Assembly (NCBI GenBank): GCA_022605425.2
Contig: CM061252.1
Coordinates: 806,001-870,000 of the forward strand
DNA from: Hamiltosporidium tvaerminnensis FI-OER-3-3
Taxonomy: Eukaryota > Fungi > Microsporidia
Reading direction: 5' to 3'
DNA: 64,000 nt
The notes under the pieces were generated by a model, which was not told where the DNA came from, did no database searches, and saw only the letters and a list, made by a program, of their open reading frames with translations. A program made the translations under genes and the position numbers. This document shows positions 37,201 through 51,377 of this stretch, one piece after another (the stretch's first letter is position 1; every line of letters starts with the position of its first letter).

Positions 37201-40200
37201 TTATTATGTTTGGATACACCATAATAACAATGATTTTAATAATTTTAAGCTTTATATTTGGTCTTTATAAAATGACTCGTATAGTCTGAATAATTAATAT
37301 AATACTTTGTTTTAATAATTTCAATTAGCATTAAGCTTTAAATTTATTATTTTTATTTAGAAAACAATTTAAAAGTAGTTTTTTAAATATAAAGCACAAT
37401 TATAAAAACCAAACTTAAATTTGAAAACAAAACTTTGTATAATTCTAGTATTTGTTTTTTTTTTAAAATTTAGTCAGATTTGAGAATTGTTATTTTCGGA
37501 GATTGAGGTATAGTTAAAATATAAATAGAGATTTTTTTTAAAATATTATTTGCACATATACAGATATACATAAAAACCTGGTTTTTTCTAGTAAAGAATA
37601 TATAAATTGTTGTAGTTTCGTTACTAGAAGAGCATTTTCCAAATACAAATTTTACTATTATATTTTTTTTACCGTATTAAACTAATATTTAAATGTAGTT
37701 TTACAAAAGAAGGAAATGAGTAACTCTTCGATCTAAACATGAGATAATCTGATAATACTACTGCGTGACTAATAATAATCATTCTGATATTAAAAATTTA
37801 AAAAAACCTAAAATTCACGAAAACATCCAGTATAACTATAAAAATTCAACTATGATAAAAGAAAGTATTAAGGAAGTCTAAGAACTAAGTAGGATTTTAT
37901 AGCTATCCCGTGCTTTTTCAAGAATGTCCTTCAATTGACGAAAACATACTTATTTATGACGCCTGGTCAAATTTCATGATTTAATTTTTTTTAACCATGA
38001 ATTAATTGGTTTTTTTACAGAAATAAAATAAATAAACAAGTAAACTCCTCACAAAAAGCTTTTCCAGGACATCTTGTGATTTTAAAGATGTTTTTTATTG
38101 AACAATTGTATGATTATAAATATGCTTAAAAATTTTCTTCAATATAAGTTGCGCAAAATACAATTTTAAATGAACGATATCACCAAATTAATAATATAGC
38201 TAGATAAGAAAAAGCTTATCAAATAATTCAATATTCTCATACACATTCTATTTTGTTTGAACGTCTAATTTTCAAATATTTACTTAAATATTTACCATAG
38301 AAATAATATTATTCACCGAAACCATTTTTCGACCCTTGATAAAAAAATATATTGACGAAAAATATGCAAAAATGCTAACCAAAATCAATAATTTACACAA
38401 TTTCAACATATTTCTATGAGTTTCTAAATATAAATGCTTTTATAAAAACGGTTGATGCTATATTTTCTAATTAAACAGAAGCAGATAATACCATATAATA
38501 TATGAAATTTTTATAAGAGCCAATAGAATAAAGTTTTTTTTTCGCAAATGGCATCCTACAGGCAATAATAAATGTCATATATATTCCTAGTTTAAAAATT
38601 TTTCCATTAAATTCAAGCTACTTTATTTCGTTTAGAATATCATATTATTACGTTTATATGCCATGATCTATAGTTTTTAATATTATACGTAATTTTAGCT
38701 TTATACAGAAACTTTTTCTCAATACTCTAAAGTCATACCTTAGAGAAATACTAAGGTTTTTAATCCATAATGTACATAAAGAAAGTTAAATATGCGCGGC
38801 CTTGTTTTGCGTTTGTAAGAGCTCTTTAACTAGCATACTTTAGAAAACAAAAATTTTCTATTAGACTTTGTAAAATGTGTATTATCGAAAAGGATAACAC
38901 TATGAACAAAATAGCTTACAGCGAATAAATCTTTGCGACTTAGATTAAGTCTTCTTTTTTTAGCGTAGACATACAAACAGGTATAACCTGCTACTTAACA
39001 TTCTGTTGGCGTAAGAATGTTATATTTTTGTATCATCCAGAGACTAAGTCTTCCGTTTAGTGTGACTGAACCTAGGCAAGGAATGTTTTTGGATACCGAT
39101 AACTAAGATTCGGAATAGGTATAGAATCTAGTTATATAGAAAACTACAAAATTATTTATAGAAAAATCTGCAGGGCTTAAAGATCTTTTCATTTATTAAA
39201 AAGTCGTTTAAAACAAACAAAAACACTGTTTTTTGATTAAACCAAGGATTCAAACTATAATCATCCCAGAAATTTAACTTTATTTGCTCTTAAGATAGCT
39301 TTCCTCGTTGTAGGACTAATTTTAGCCGATATTAATCCAAAAAATTTTATTATAGGACTAGAATGTTTATAACAATTAGAAAGAGAAATATTTTCTCGGT
39401 AAAGTATATTTTTAACACAGAAGAGTAAAATTTCTTTTGAAGTAACTTGTGAGGTTTTCTATTATTAAAAGGGGTAACTTAACCAAACCTGTCTAAAGAA
39501 TAACTATTAGGTCTTATATTTTTCTCTTCAGAGTTAATAAAACAAAAATTAATAAATTTTTATGTTCTGAATTATTTTCCAAAAAACAGGCTCTTCTTTT
39601 TTTGTAGTATGAACGAATAGGTCTTAATATTCCCTTTAAACCGTTCCATTTAATAAATATACAAGGATACAAAGTTCTCAAACAATCTTAGATTTTTTTT
39701 ATCTTTTATTCACATACACTGTTAATAATCAAAAATAGTCTTCTTTACCGATTTAAACAAATAACTTTTCTCTCGGATTTTTTTTAACTTGCATAGCCAT
39801 CATATATGTTTCAATCTAATATTCAAGACAATATTCGGATCACGCTTTCATTATATTTAATTTCAAGGGTGCATATAGATTCCTCATTTGCATATTATTA
39901 TTAAAATTTTGCAAAATATTAGATAATTTAAATTGCTATCACAATATAATTTTCATGTATTAATCATGAGATTTTAGTTTTTAAATACTTATATAACTTT
40001 ATTAAAAATTGGTGGCATTAATCCCGATTTTCTCTAAGAATATTAAAAAACTTAACACAATTTAATTAATATAAACGTCGTTTTGCTTAGTATGTGAAAT
40101 ATACTCAATAACCTATTATAAAAACCTTTCATACATATATTATGTTTTGTTTTGACAGAGAAAAACATATCTGTAGGAGGTCTCATATATCTAATCATTT

Positions 40201-41457
40201 CCAAAAAGATTTTTAGAAATTTAAAAAAATGTTTGTAAAAACGTCAACAACTTTACAGTTATCAATGAAGGATGATTTCACATAAAAATTCTAAAATTAT
40301 CGAAAAACCGTAACAAACCGCTATTTCAAAACTAAAGAAAATAGATTAATAATCACAGAACTGAGTTATTTAAAACATTTAAAAATAAATTCATTTAGAC
40401 TGTAAAGTCAATGTTAACTTTTGCAAGAATATACTTGTACTTTTTAAATGCAACAAAAATTAAATCCAAATGTACATTAGTTGATTATTAATACTTAAAT
40501 TATACCAATAAATATATTTAAAAAAGAAAACTATAAACACATTAATTTTTAGGTTTTAAATTAAATCAATGTACCATTTACCGTCATTTCAAAAATCCAT
40601 ATTGTACAATTTTTATTTAGTTCAGATGTTAGATTTATACATATATAACAGTAAGTTTAATGTATATATTTAAATTCGCTGATGGGTTTAATTTTTTACT
40701 TTATAAAGGGTATTTTAAATATAAAATGGCCAAAAATAATTCTTTGATTCAAAATGAAGAATTTCCAATATATTTATATAAACGTTATAAATAATTGGAT
40801 TTAATGATTTTTTTATATAAAAAAAATTTTAATCATGTTTTACCAGAATTGATTTAAAATTTCTTTCTTCTAAAAATTTTATATATTACACCGTGGCATA
40901 ATTCATATGAACCGAATATAGTCGATTGATAACTTAAAAACAATATATTTTCCCAAGCATCTTTTACTTCTATGCTGCCTCTGTATTTAATATGTTTAAG
41001 TTGTAATCAGAGTCATTTATTAAAATTATAAATTATTAGAAACATTGGCATATTTAAGATACTTTTGATTTAATTTTATTGTAAAAAAAATATTTGAATT
41101 TCTCTAAATTATTTTGCTACATTTTCTAATGTTTTTCCTGATAAAAAATTTTGTTTTCTATTTCATGATTTTAAATCATTTAAGAAGAATAAAATCAAAA
41201 AAATAAACTGACAATAAAGTAATTAAATATAAATTTTGATTATTTCGCTTTTAAATCTTAGCTTAAGAATAAAATACTAAAACAATTAAAATATATTTGC
41301 AAGAAGAAAGAATTATAAAAATAATAAAAACAGGGCTTTAAAAAATATTTAGATTGTTTTTATTTAATGCGGTAATAAAAAAATTAACTGCTATGAATAT
41401 TTTATAAAAAAGGGTTTCTTTAAATATTTTTTTGTGTAAATCCCTTTCACCTAGAAA

Positions 41458-42423
41458 ATGTAAAACGATTTTTAAACTGCAAAAAGGAGTAACTTCTAAA
41501 CTTTATGAACAAGTTTACAAACAAATAAAATTATCAGTAAAAACCAATTTAAATAATTAGGAAAGTAAAATACAGAAGAATTAGAATGTAATAGTTGGAA
41601 AAAGATTCGAAGGAATGAAATAAATAAGGATTTGCTGAATTCTATTGATGAAATGGGATGCGAAAATATAAACCGAATCTAATTTCCATCAAAGTATTCT
41701 GTTTTAAATCGAGATGATTTAATGGTACAGAATAAAAGCAAAACATATATAACAACATCCGTAGGTTGTCTTCTTTATAAATAACTGTTCTAATGATAAA
41801 TTACAGGTGGTAGTTTTAACAACAAAAAGAGTTTAATCAAAAGATTGCTGATGTGATCGCTAAACTTTGAGAGTCAAGCAATATGAAACTTTATACCGTA
41901 AAACTGGATGTAGAACAATAGAATCAATAAATTATTGTTGGAAATCCGGATGGTATCGATAAGTTATTTAAAATGCATAAGGAAAAGGCCATTTCAGCAA
42001 AGAATAGATATTGATGATGCAGATGTATTTTTGAATTTAAATATTATGCGTTTTTTTGTATTGGATTTTAAAAATTTTAGAAAATTTCAAAATATCTGAT
42101 TCTATCCCATTTTCTATCACAAAATTAAAAAGAGTTTTAAAATTTCACAGAAAGCATTTTGTAAGTATAAAAAAGAAAATTTGGAGCCCGAAGAAATAAA
42201 ACTATATTATTTAAAAATCGAAAGAAAGATATAATGAAAATATTAAAATTGATTTGTTAATACTTAACGGGTGGGGTATTTATAATATTTGTCGAAACTA
42301 AACATATGGTTGCGATGCTACGACAATAATTAGAAACAGATCTTCTATAAATAACATGTATACATGATGATAATGAAATGGTAGTCAAATAAAAACTTGT
42401 AGATAAATTTAGGCAGAAAGGGC
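41458..42423 (+). pseudogene. DBP5: Decayed DEAD-box RNA helicase, DBP5/DDX19-like, 3'-truncated
   Basis: Colinear broken motifs: RFEGM/NKDLLNSIDEMGCENINRI* (Q motif), DLMVQNKSKT (motif I remnant), QVVVLTT/EFNQKIADV (Ia), IIVGNPDGI (Ib/Ic), IDDADVFL (II), EPEEIKLYYL, YLTGGVFIIFVETK (IV), ITCIHDD..VDKFR. CCC at 41442-41444 before ATG 41458. Confidence 0.75.
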
Positions 42424-45400
42424 GATCGTATTGTTTCCAATTGATATATTTTTACATAAAATGAATATTTTATCGGTGACCTTATTATAATTTTTGATCT
42501 TCCAATAGTTAAAGGAATACCAAATGGGGAAACATATATTCATCGTGTAAGTCATCCAGAAGATTTTGAAGGTCTGAATTTGTGGTAGACCTAATAAGTG
42601 ATTCAAAGTATTCCAATGTTATATTAAGACTTCAAAATTCTTTAAAGTGTTGCCAAGGTTTTTAGATTCAAGCTGTCACGAAGGCCGGGAAGAAAAAACT
42701 TTAACTGACAATAAAATTATTAGATCTTCAAAAGTTTGTGATTCAGATGATTTCATGATTTCACAAAAAATATTCATTTTATTTGTTCTTACGTACGATA
42801 GTATTATATTTTTAATAAAGTTTTTTCTTTAAATTCTATTCTATATAATCCTCTTGATATGTTCTTTGTAAATTTTTGGAAACATGAACATATATTACAA
42901 TTTAAAACCTAAATATGAATTTTGTCGTAAGTTGTGTTCGAATTCGAGGTGCTTGGCAAAAATTATCTGAGTGTTTAAATTTCTTCACCTTTCGGTCCGA
43001 TGTTTTTGTTTAGATTCGACTAATTTTTTATATTTTGGATTGATATTTTGTTCTTAGTCATTCAATTTTTATTAAAAATTTATTTCATTGTTTGTGGGAT
43101 AATTTACAATTTATCTATGACATAATATGATATAAATACATGCATTTCTCTGCAAATATCCATCCTAAAACGCCCTAGTAAAGCCATATTTAACATTTTT
43201 TAGCACAGTTTCGTTGATATAAATTACAGCAAGAATATTACGCTGTGTTTTAGAGTGAGATCGACTTGATATATGCCGCTATTTATTCGAGATTTGAACC
43301 ATCTAGATTATATATTATAAGATCTACTTTTAATAACATCCTGTGCTATTACAAGGAATGATTTCAAACATAGATTTTCAGAAATATTAAGTCCATCTAC
43401 CAAAATGTTTCATTCATTTTAGTTTTTTTTGTTGCATCAAGTTTAGTCAAACCCTATAAATCGATTCCGACATGACTGAGAATTCATCAAATTATGACCA
43501 AAAAGAAATAATTCTGGTTCATTGTTGTAAATTTAAACCAATTTTTTTTGTTCAAATCTGTAATCAAACTATTTATTTTTTTTGAGAACTTCCCGAACAA
43601 AATAATTTCTTGTTTGTTGTAAATGCGGTAAAAATCTTTATAGAAATGAAGTAGTTATTATATAAGCAAATAATTTTTATTGTCTGGCATAAAATTTCCA
43701 AGCCTTTTGATGATTATTTTGCCATTTTATGCATTTATTTTTTTCGGATTCACTAATTTTAATGCATACAAATTTTATAGAATGTATTTTCCCATTAATA
43801 TAGCAGAAAAATGATTTTTGTTTGGCTCGGTATATAAATATATCTTAAAATTCTATGTTAAATGTTAAGAAGTATCCATATCTTCTATAAATTTTACTAT
43901 AATCTCTTTTTTTTCTTACTTGATAACTGGTTTTCGTATTGCCTCGACGAAGACTTTTTATCAAGAAATACAGATTTTGTTTTCCGATTTGATCTTCTGG
44001 CTTTATGAAGCTCTAGATATTATCTATTTGTGTTTCAAAATATTCAAAGGGTTTGTTAATCAATAAGTATTTTCAAACACGATAGGAAACTGCCTTTACA
44101 TATTCTAAGGTTAAGTATACATAAAATTTTCATCATCTTATTGATAGAATCTCGATTTTTCTACAAATACTATATGCAGTATACCCCTATTCTTAAAAAC
44201 ATGCAGTATCTAGACTTAGTATTCTAAAATATAACTTATAATATATCAGAAGTTAATCAATTATATAATTTCAATCATTTTGTATATTGAAGCCAAAAAA
44301 AACTTAAATACTATTTTGGGTTCTTTTATCATTTTACCAGATATAAAAGTTTTGGTTCCATATACACCTTTCTTGTTTTTAAGGATTCCCAAACACTAAA
44401 TCTGTATTAAAAAGTCTGAAATTTTACAAACCGTGACATATATGGCACAATTATCGCTTATGACTTTCAAACTTATAACAATCAAAAAAACATTGAGAAA
44501 TACTTTTTGATTTCTATAAATTCAATTGAATTTTCTGTATCTTTTTTATAAAAAAATCTCTTTTATATTGTAAAAAGTTTAATTCCAAAAGATGATTATA
44601 ATTAAAGATTTCGACATATTAAAATTTATTAAAAAAAATAGCAGTTTAGTTTTTTTAAACATAGTTAATCTTGACATTTTATACTTAAATTTGAAGGTTA
44701 AAACATTAAAAATCAAAAGAAAATTTAAAACTTTAATTTAACAGTTTATAAAAACTATGTTTTTTAAGTTGCGATGGGTTTATAAAAAATAAGTTAAGGT
44801 AGAGTACCAACATAAACAGATAGCACATTGATTTCATAAATAATTTAAATATTTACTCTCTTAATTTCAGAATAACTGATCAATGCTTTGTTTATGTTTT
44901 GTGTGTCAAAAAATTATGTAAAAAAAAGAATAATGATATGAAACTGGTATAAAAAGCACTATGAAAATTTTAAGTACATAAATAATTTCTGTAAAATAGT
45001 TTTTTTTTATAGGAAATTTTAAATGTATTTCAAAGTGATTTTCAGAAAAAAAATTTAAGTTATTTGCTTCAATCATATACGTTTTAAGTTTATTTCATAT
45101 TAAGGTTACCAAAACGGAAACAATACTAAAATATAGTAGAAACGGAAACATTTTAATTAAACAAATGAAAATATATCTTGTTAACTCATAATTAGTTTAT
45201 AACTTAAAAAGTTGCATGTAAATTAATGCTGTTAAAAAGATTATTTTTTTATATGTTAAATATAATTTTTAGGTTATAATAATTCATTAGATAAAAATTA
45301 AGATTGACCCAAATTTATTTTTTTTAAACATAGATTATTGGAGTGAACATACATTAAATAAATCTGACGCTATAAATATTCGTTTAAAATTCTCCTATAC

Positions 45401-45766
45401 ATTAAAAAAATATATTCATTCCAAAAAATTAGAATTCGATAACATTTTTTTTAGAATTATAAGACAGATGTGGTCTAGAACTAAAGAAAAAACATTATAT
45501 GTGAATATACCTTAGAAGAAGCCAGGCTTTACTATCTTTATTTATATACAATGATATTTACATGCAATACGTTAAGAAAGCAAATTTTAAATATTGAACA
45601 AATGTCTCAGTTAAATAAAGTGAATAAGTTAAAAAAAATTTAAACATATAAAAAGATATAATATAAAAATTTGCTGACCTAATATTTAAGATACAAAATA
45701 TTAGCCGGAATTAACGCCTAATCATATTTGATTATATTAAAATCACTTTCCAACCCTAATTTAAAT

Positions 45767-47557
45767 ATGCAAAAGTTGATAATATTTTTAGAGATGATAA
45801 TTTCTACTGTTTTTTGTACATTAGAAAGCACGGTAGAGGATGATATTCAACACGCACAAAACCAATCAGGAAGATGTAATTTTGAAGTAAAGCGAGAATC
45901 ACAGGACATGAAAGTGAAAATTAGGGATCAGCATGCAAGTAATTCAGGTCATGGTCCTAAAAAAGCCCAATATTTTGGAGATCAAAATGGTTGTGATCTT
46001 TTCACATCAGAACTAAGCACTTCGCAATTCGAACCTTCACCGAGAAAACAAAAAAGAAGATTGACCAATGAAAAAAATAGTCCAAGATTATTAGAAAATC
46101 CACAAAGGAATATTACTATAAAAATGAAACTTGAGAATGAAGAGGCTGTTAAAAACGATTTTTTAAAGCAAATGTTAGATTCAAAAATATTAAAAATTAA
46201 AAGCGAAGATATGAATCTACCGGAGAACAGAAGTTATAATCTTACAGTAGGATATCCAATAGCCACAGAAACATGGTATTTTGATAACATTGCAAATATA
46301 ATTGATAGGTATATTAATAGAATTTTCAATGATCTAAATTTATCTTTTGCAAACCTTAAGGGTAAATATAATTCTAAAGGCAATTTACAAAGAAATTTAA
46401 AAGTGCTACAACTGTCGATTCGAAGAATGAATATTGTTAAAAATACGAACGAAGAGGATTATAGCAGTTCATTTTTAAAATCTTCTCATGATGAAGTTAT
46501 AGAAAACGTTAAAAAAGAATTAGTAAATATTAAAAAGGTAGATAATATTTATGATTTAGAGGATATTATGGCATATTCAGATAAAATCCGAATATTCGGA
46601 ATAAAAAGTAAAAAAACATTTACAAAATTACAGTTACAAGAAATATTAACGAGTTTGGAAATCCGAAATGTCAAGGAAGAACTTCAAAAATATAGAAATA
46701 TTCCATCTTTTTACGAATTTATGCTATTCAAATATAGATATGCAGATAATATAATTGATCATATTGAAGAAGAATGTTTTTTAATGGTTCATTTTCTTCT
46801 TGAAATATTATTTACTAAACTAGAAAATATATTCAAAAAAATATAAATGTACAAAAAGCTAACTGAAAATGATTTATCAAAAGCATATAAAAATCTTTCC
46901 TATAAAAATAAAATAGATTTAGAAATACAACCACTTAAAATAATACTTATGCACATTTATTTGGGTCTAAAAAATGGGTTTTGCTTGTTTAAAAAACACA
47001 TCATAGTGTATTTATTAGAATTTACACATTTATTTATGACCGGAAAAATACTTGATCTGTTTATAAATGACGATTTTGGTTGTATTATTTTTTTGCTTTA
47101 ACATTATATATATGAAGATTCAATGTCTTTACAGGCTGATTTGTATCTTAGAATAGGAAATGCATTAGCATTTCTTTCTCTCCACAATTATCATACTTCT
47201 CAAGATATAAATCTTACCTTTAGTAAAATAAGGAATAATATTTCACAAGAAAGTTATATAATTACTTTACAGGCTATTCTAAGACATATTTTCTCCAAGT
47301 GCATTCATTTTTCTGCTTTTTATCCCGAATTATTTACTAATGTAGGCAATTTTATCGAAAATATTTCCACTCTAACCGAACAATGGGATTTTTTAGATTC
47401 TCGCATCAAAATTTTGTCTTTTAAGTTATGCTTAAAATATGCATATGTGTTAAGGTACCTTTTATACAGCGATTACCAGTATGAAAAAATTGTTTTAGAT
47501 TCTTCTATGACGCAACTTTATAACGATATTTCTAGTTCTTTCAATGAACTCGTATGA
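45767..47557 (+). pseudogene. Putative secreted protein, one reading frame of 596 codons with two internal TAA stops
   Basis: ORFs 45728..46846, 46847..47101 and 47123..47557 share one frame. CCC at 45754-45756; ATG 45767 gives signal-like MQKLIIFLEMIISTVFC; RKQKRR NLS-like; AATAAA follows the final TGA. Confidence 0.78.
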
Positions 47558-50500
47558 ATAAAATATAAACTCTAAGTAAATTTTTAATCTTTAAAGATAT
47601 TCTTTAACAGTATTTAATTTAATTGAATTTTACAAAATATTTTTTCGAATTTGCCATGATTCCGAATTAATGTAAAGATGTATATCAAAACCAATTCATT
47701 TTTAAAAATCCAACAAGATGCACAATTGATTTTTTGCTTGCAATTATTATAATAAAAAATTCTAAAATATATATGCTTATATTCCGTGTTTCAACCAAAG
47801 AAAGTTTATAAATTTAAAATATCAGTTTCTTTTCTTTTAAATTTTTCATAAAATACAATTTTAATATAACGATTTGATATTTTGCAAGCTTTATAGATTA
47901 GGGCTTGGTTGTTCGTAAATTGTTTTTTATCATAAATCATTGTGCATGCACGATTTTGACATTCAATTTAAACATATATAGTTTGGGAAAAACACATTTA
48001 TTGAAAAATAAAGCAACTCAATCATAAACCCTACACCTCACTCATATGTCATAAGCACAAATAGTTTTTTTAGTACGTTTAAAAGAAAATATTATGGCAA
48101 ATTATAAAGAATAACGTGTTTTGATAAAAAGTAAATAAAAGTTATACGTCTTTACGAAGTTTAACCTTAATCACAGAAATATTTTAATTTTTCTTTGTGA
48201 TATATATCTTCACACCGAGTCTTTTTAAATAGGCAATTATGTTTAATTTTTAGGCTCTTTGCCTTGGTGTTTATTGTATTTAAGTTATGATTTCGATTTT
48301 ACTTCTCGCCAATATATTATAAGTTAATGAATTCACTTATTTAGTCAAGTCCGACTTTAAAATAAAATAGATGTCTTATTACGCTTCTTTTAGATCATAG
48401 TTGTAACACATGTAAAATAACCTTACATATACACTTTTATAATCACTCAGCTTAGGTAGTTCAAGATATAAATCAATTACGCTGCAATCATTCTAGTAAA
48501 AATATTGTAGTGATTGTGACATAAGTTCTATGGCTTCTACAATAGGTATAATCTTTATACAAATAAGGAAGGATTAGTAGTTCTTGATAAGATAGTCTTT
48601 GGTCACTTGTAGAAGATGCCGTAACATTAAAAACGCAACTATATATATAGTTTTTAAAATTTTTAATATTTAGACGTCTTTCTTTTTTATATTTTAAGCA
48701 GACAAATCGTAATTTTGATAGTATAAACTCTAAACTACAAACACAATCATTGAAATTTTATTTTTTGAATTACAAATACTTGTTTCATTTAATTATAAGA
48801 CTATGTTTTAATCATTTGATTTTTATATCCACCTTTAAATATATTTAGATATCAAAACGAAATAAATATCTTGTAATTCCCACGCGTATAGGTATCCATT
48901 CATTATGTAAAGAATTGTTCATAACTTTATATCTAATTAGCACAGTAAATATTAAAATGATTTAAATTAATTTAGCTTATAGTGAAATGATTTACTAAAG
49001 ATTCATTCTATATTTATACGAAACTAAAATATAATCTATATGTTTTTTTTTGAATTGTTTTTCGTGCGAATCCGTATTGACTCATAAGAAAGTTAAAGAT
49101 CAAAAAAACCAAAAAAGATATCTTAACCATTTAAAAAATAGTTGTAGAAATTGTATTTAAACAATGTAGATAAATTAAAAACATTAAAATTAATATACAA
49201 TTACATACAGACGGTTATAAAAATGTGGTTTTAATGTTAAAGTAGTAAAATAAGAACAAAGTTATCAGTTCGAGACATATTAATGTACTATACAATTTAT
49301 TTAAATTTAATTCTTTAGATAATTAGAGTAAAATATTATATAAGTCTAATAACAAATAAAATAATGGAAAACAAAGGAAAATCTTTACAAATGTAACAAT
49401 TTAAGTTTTAAAAGTGTCAAATATGAGTTAATAGTCTAAGACGAAATTTTTGTATGAATATATTGAGATGAATCAAATATCAAAATTCTCCAATATAAAT
49501 TGTATGATTTAGTAAAAATAAATTAATGTCTGTATAGATCTAAATAATAGCATTTTATTTCAATAAAGTCAATAGTATTTTATTTCTAAACAATTCTCTT
49601 GAAAGTATTGTACATGCAATGTAAATATTTTTTCGCAGGTATATCTTTCGTTTACTTACTCTATATTCTTTTTAAACCAAGAAGTAATACATATATAATA
49701 CAAAGCAATTTGCTCAAATTTAGGAAAAGTAACTAATATGAGATTATATGAAATTCAAAGTTATGTATGATTACCCTATATGATCAAAGTATCAATCCAT
49801 ATATTAGAGGCTTTTAAAAACAATTTCACAAAATTTAATGCGGCCCTAGTTAGTTCAAACACAACGTATTATGACCAAAATTAAAAAATATTATTTTTAG
49901 ATAATGAGTTAAGGTTTAGATAGTCCAAAAATATAAAATAACCATAAAAAAACAGCCAAGACCTTACACTCAAAAACTTCCAATTATGGTAAATTTTATA
50001 AGCTTATTAGACTTAACACTCGAAAATCATATAAGAAGTGATACTACTTATTTATATGTTCTAAGAAAACAATTTACAATAAAACACAGAATTTTTAGAT
50101 AATGAATATAAAATTGCTATAAAATATCCAAATTTTAATTACTATATGATAAAAGCATACCTTATTCTGAAAATTACAGATTAAAAGCTTCAGAATTGTT
50201 TTATATTAAGAAAACTGCTTGAATAAGAGACTACTTAACTTAGCAAATGAATAATAAATGAATTATCCGAGAAAAATGTAAACAAATTGGAAAAAAGTAA
50301 ATAAAAATACAACTAACATAAATTTAAGTAAAATAAACTTGATATAATTAAAATTCTAAACTTAAAAAACATAATAAAAATATTTAAAAAACTAAAATTT
50401 TGAAAATAAAAAAAAATAACGAACAAAAAAACGACAGCTACAATTAAGAATGTCGAATTTGTTATTTCAAAGATCAATACTAAATATCAACATCAAATAC

Positions 50501-51320
50501 TACTTACAAATTTCATATTAGGCATAAATAATGAACTATAAATGTTTCGTTTCGAATAGAGCCTAAAGTTTTGTAGATTATAATATAAATAATTAAATAT
50601 AACTAAAAAACCGACACGGTGTTCTAAAAACCCTATTTAGAGGATATAAAAATATATGTATTATATTATAAGCACAATTAAAAATATTAACTTTAAAAGT
50701 ATATAATAAGAATAAATACATTATCTTAAGTGTGTAAGAAATATTGAAATTCTACTACTAATATCCAATAAAATTCAATTTAGAACAATATATATGACTT
50801 AAAACAAAATAATAGACAAATAAATCGAAAAAGAAGGAATATATAAACCTACAAAAGTACTATATTTGTAAAATAAGTATTTAGCCAAAGTACGAAATAT
50901 TCATCGTACTATAAATAAATTGAAAATCTTAATTTTATATTTTACAAATAATTATTGTGCAATGAACAAAATAAAAATGCAATTTTCATTTATAAAGATT
51001 TGCATAACTTTTCACAGTCATTTAAAATTGTAGTATTCATTTTAAAAGTAAAAAAATCAAATGTAATATAAATATGAAGTTGTAAAAATATCTTGGTATA
51101 GGCTGCTGTTATTCAAATAAAAGGGAGATATTAAGAGTCGAACAGAAATGAAGTTAGGTTATAATATTAGAGAAAGATTTTATATTCAAATTCCTAAAAA
51201 TTGTATTGCGAAAAGCTTCAAATGAAATAACGACCTAATAAATCTTTTAATAAATAAAACAATAAAAACTTTTTAAATCGGAATAAATTTTTAACTAACC
51301 TAATTTAATAATAAATATAA

Positions 51321-51332
51321 CCTTCGCTAATA
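51321..51332 (+). repeat. Target-site duplication, left copy (CCTTCGCTAATA)
   Basis: Identical to 55159-55170; the neighbouring bases differ on both sides. Confidence 0.93.
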
Positions 51333-51377
51333 TTTTTATTTAATAAAATTCTGGGTTAAAATATTTTTTACCATTTT

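Noticed and set aside
37700-44300. Leucine-rich-repeat pseudogenes at about 37.7-39.7 kb (+) and 42.4-44.3 kb (-)
   Set aside because: Only vague LxxL-like fragments; not supportable without a profile search.
46844-47101. TAA reassigned to an amino acid (alternative genetic code)
   Set aside because: The RanBD, 1926..3800, 9784..11835 and RT ORFs all end at TAA, several with an adjacent AATAAA.
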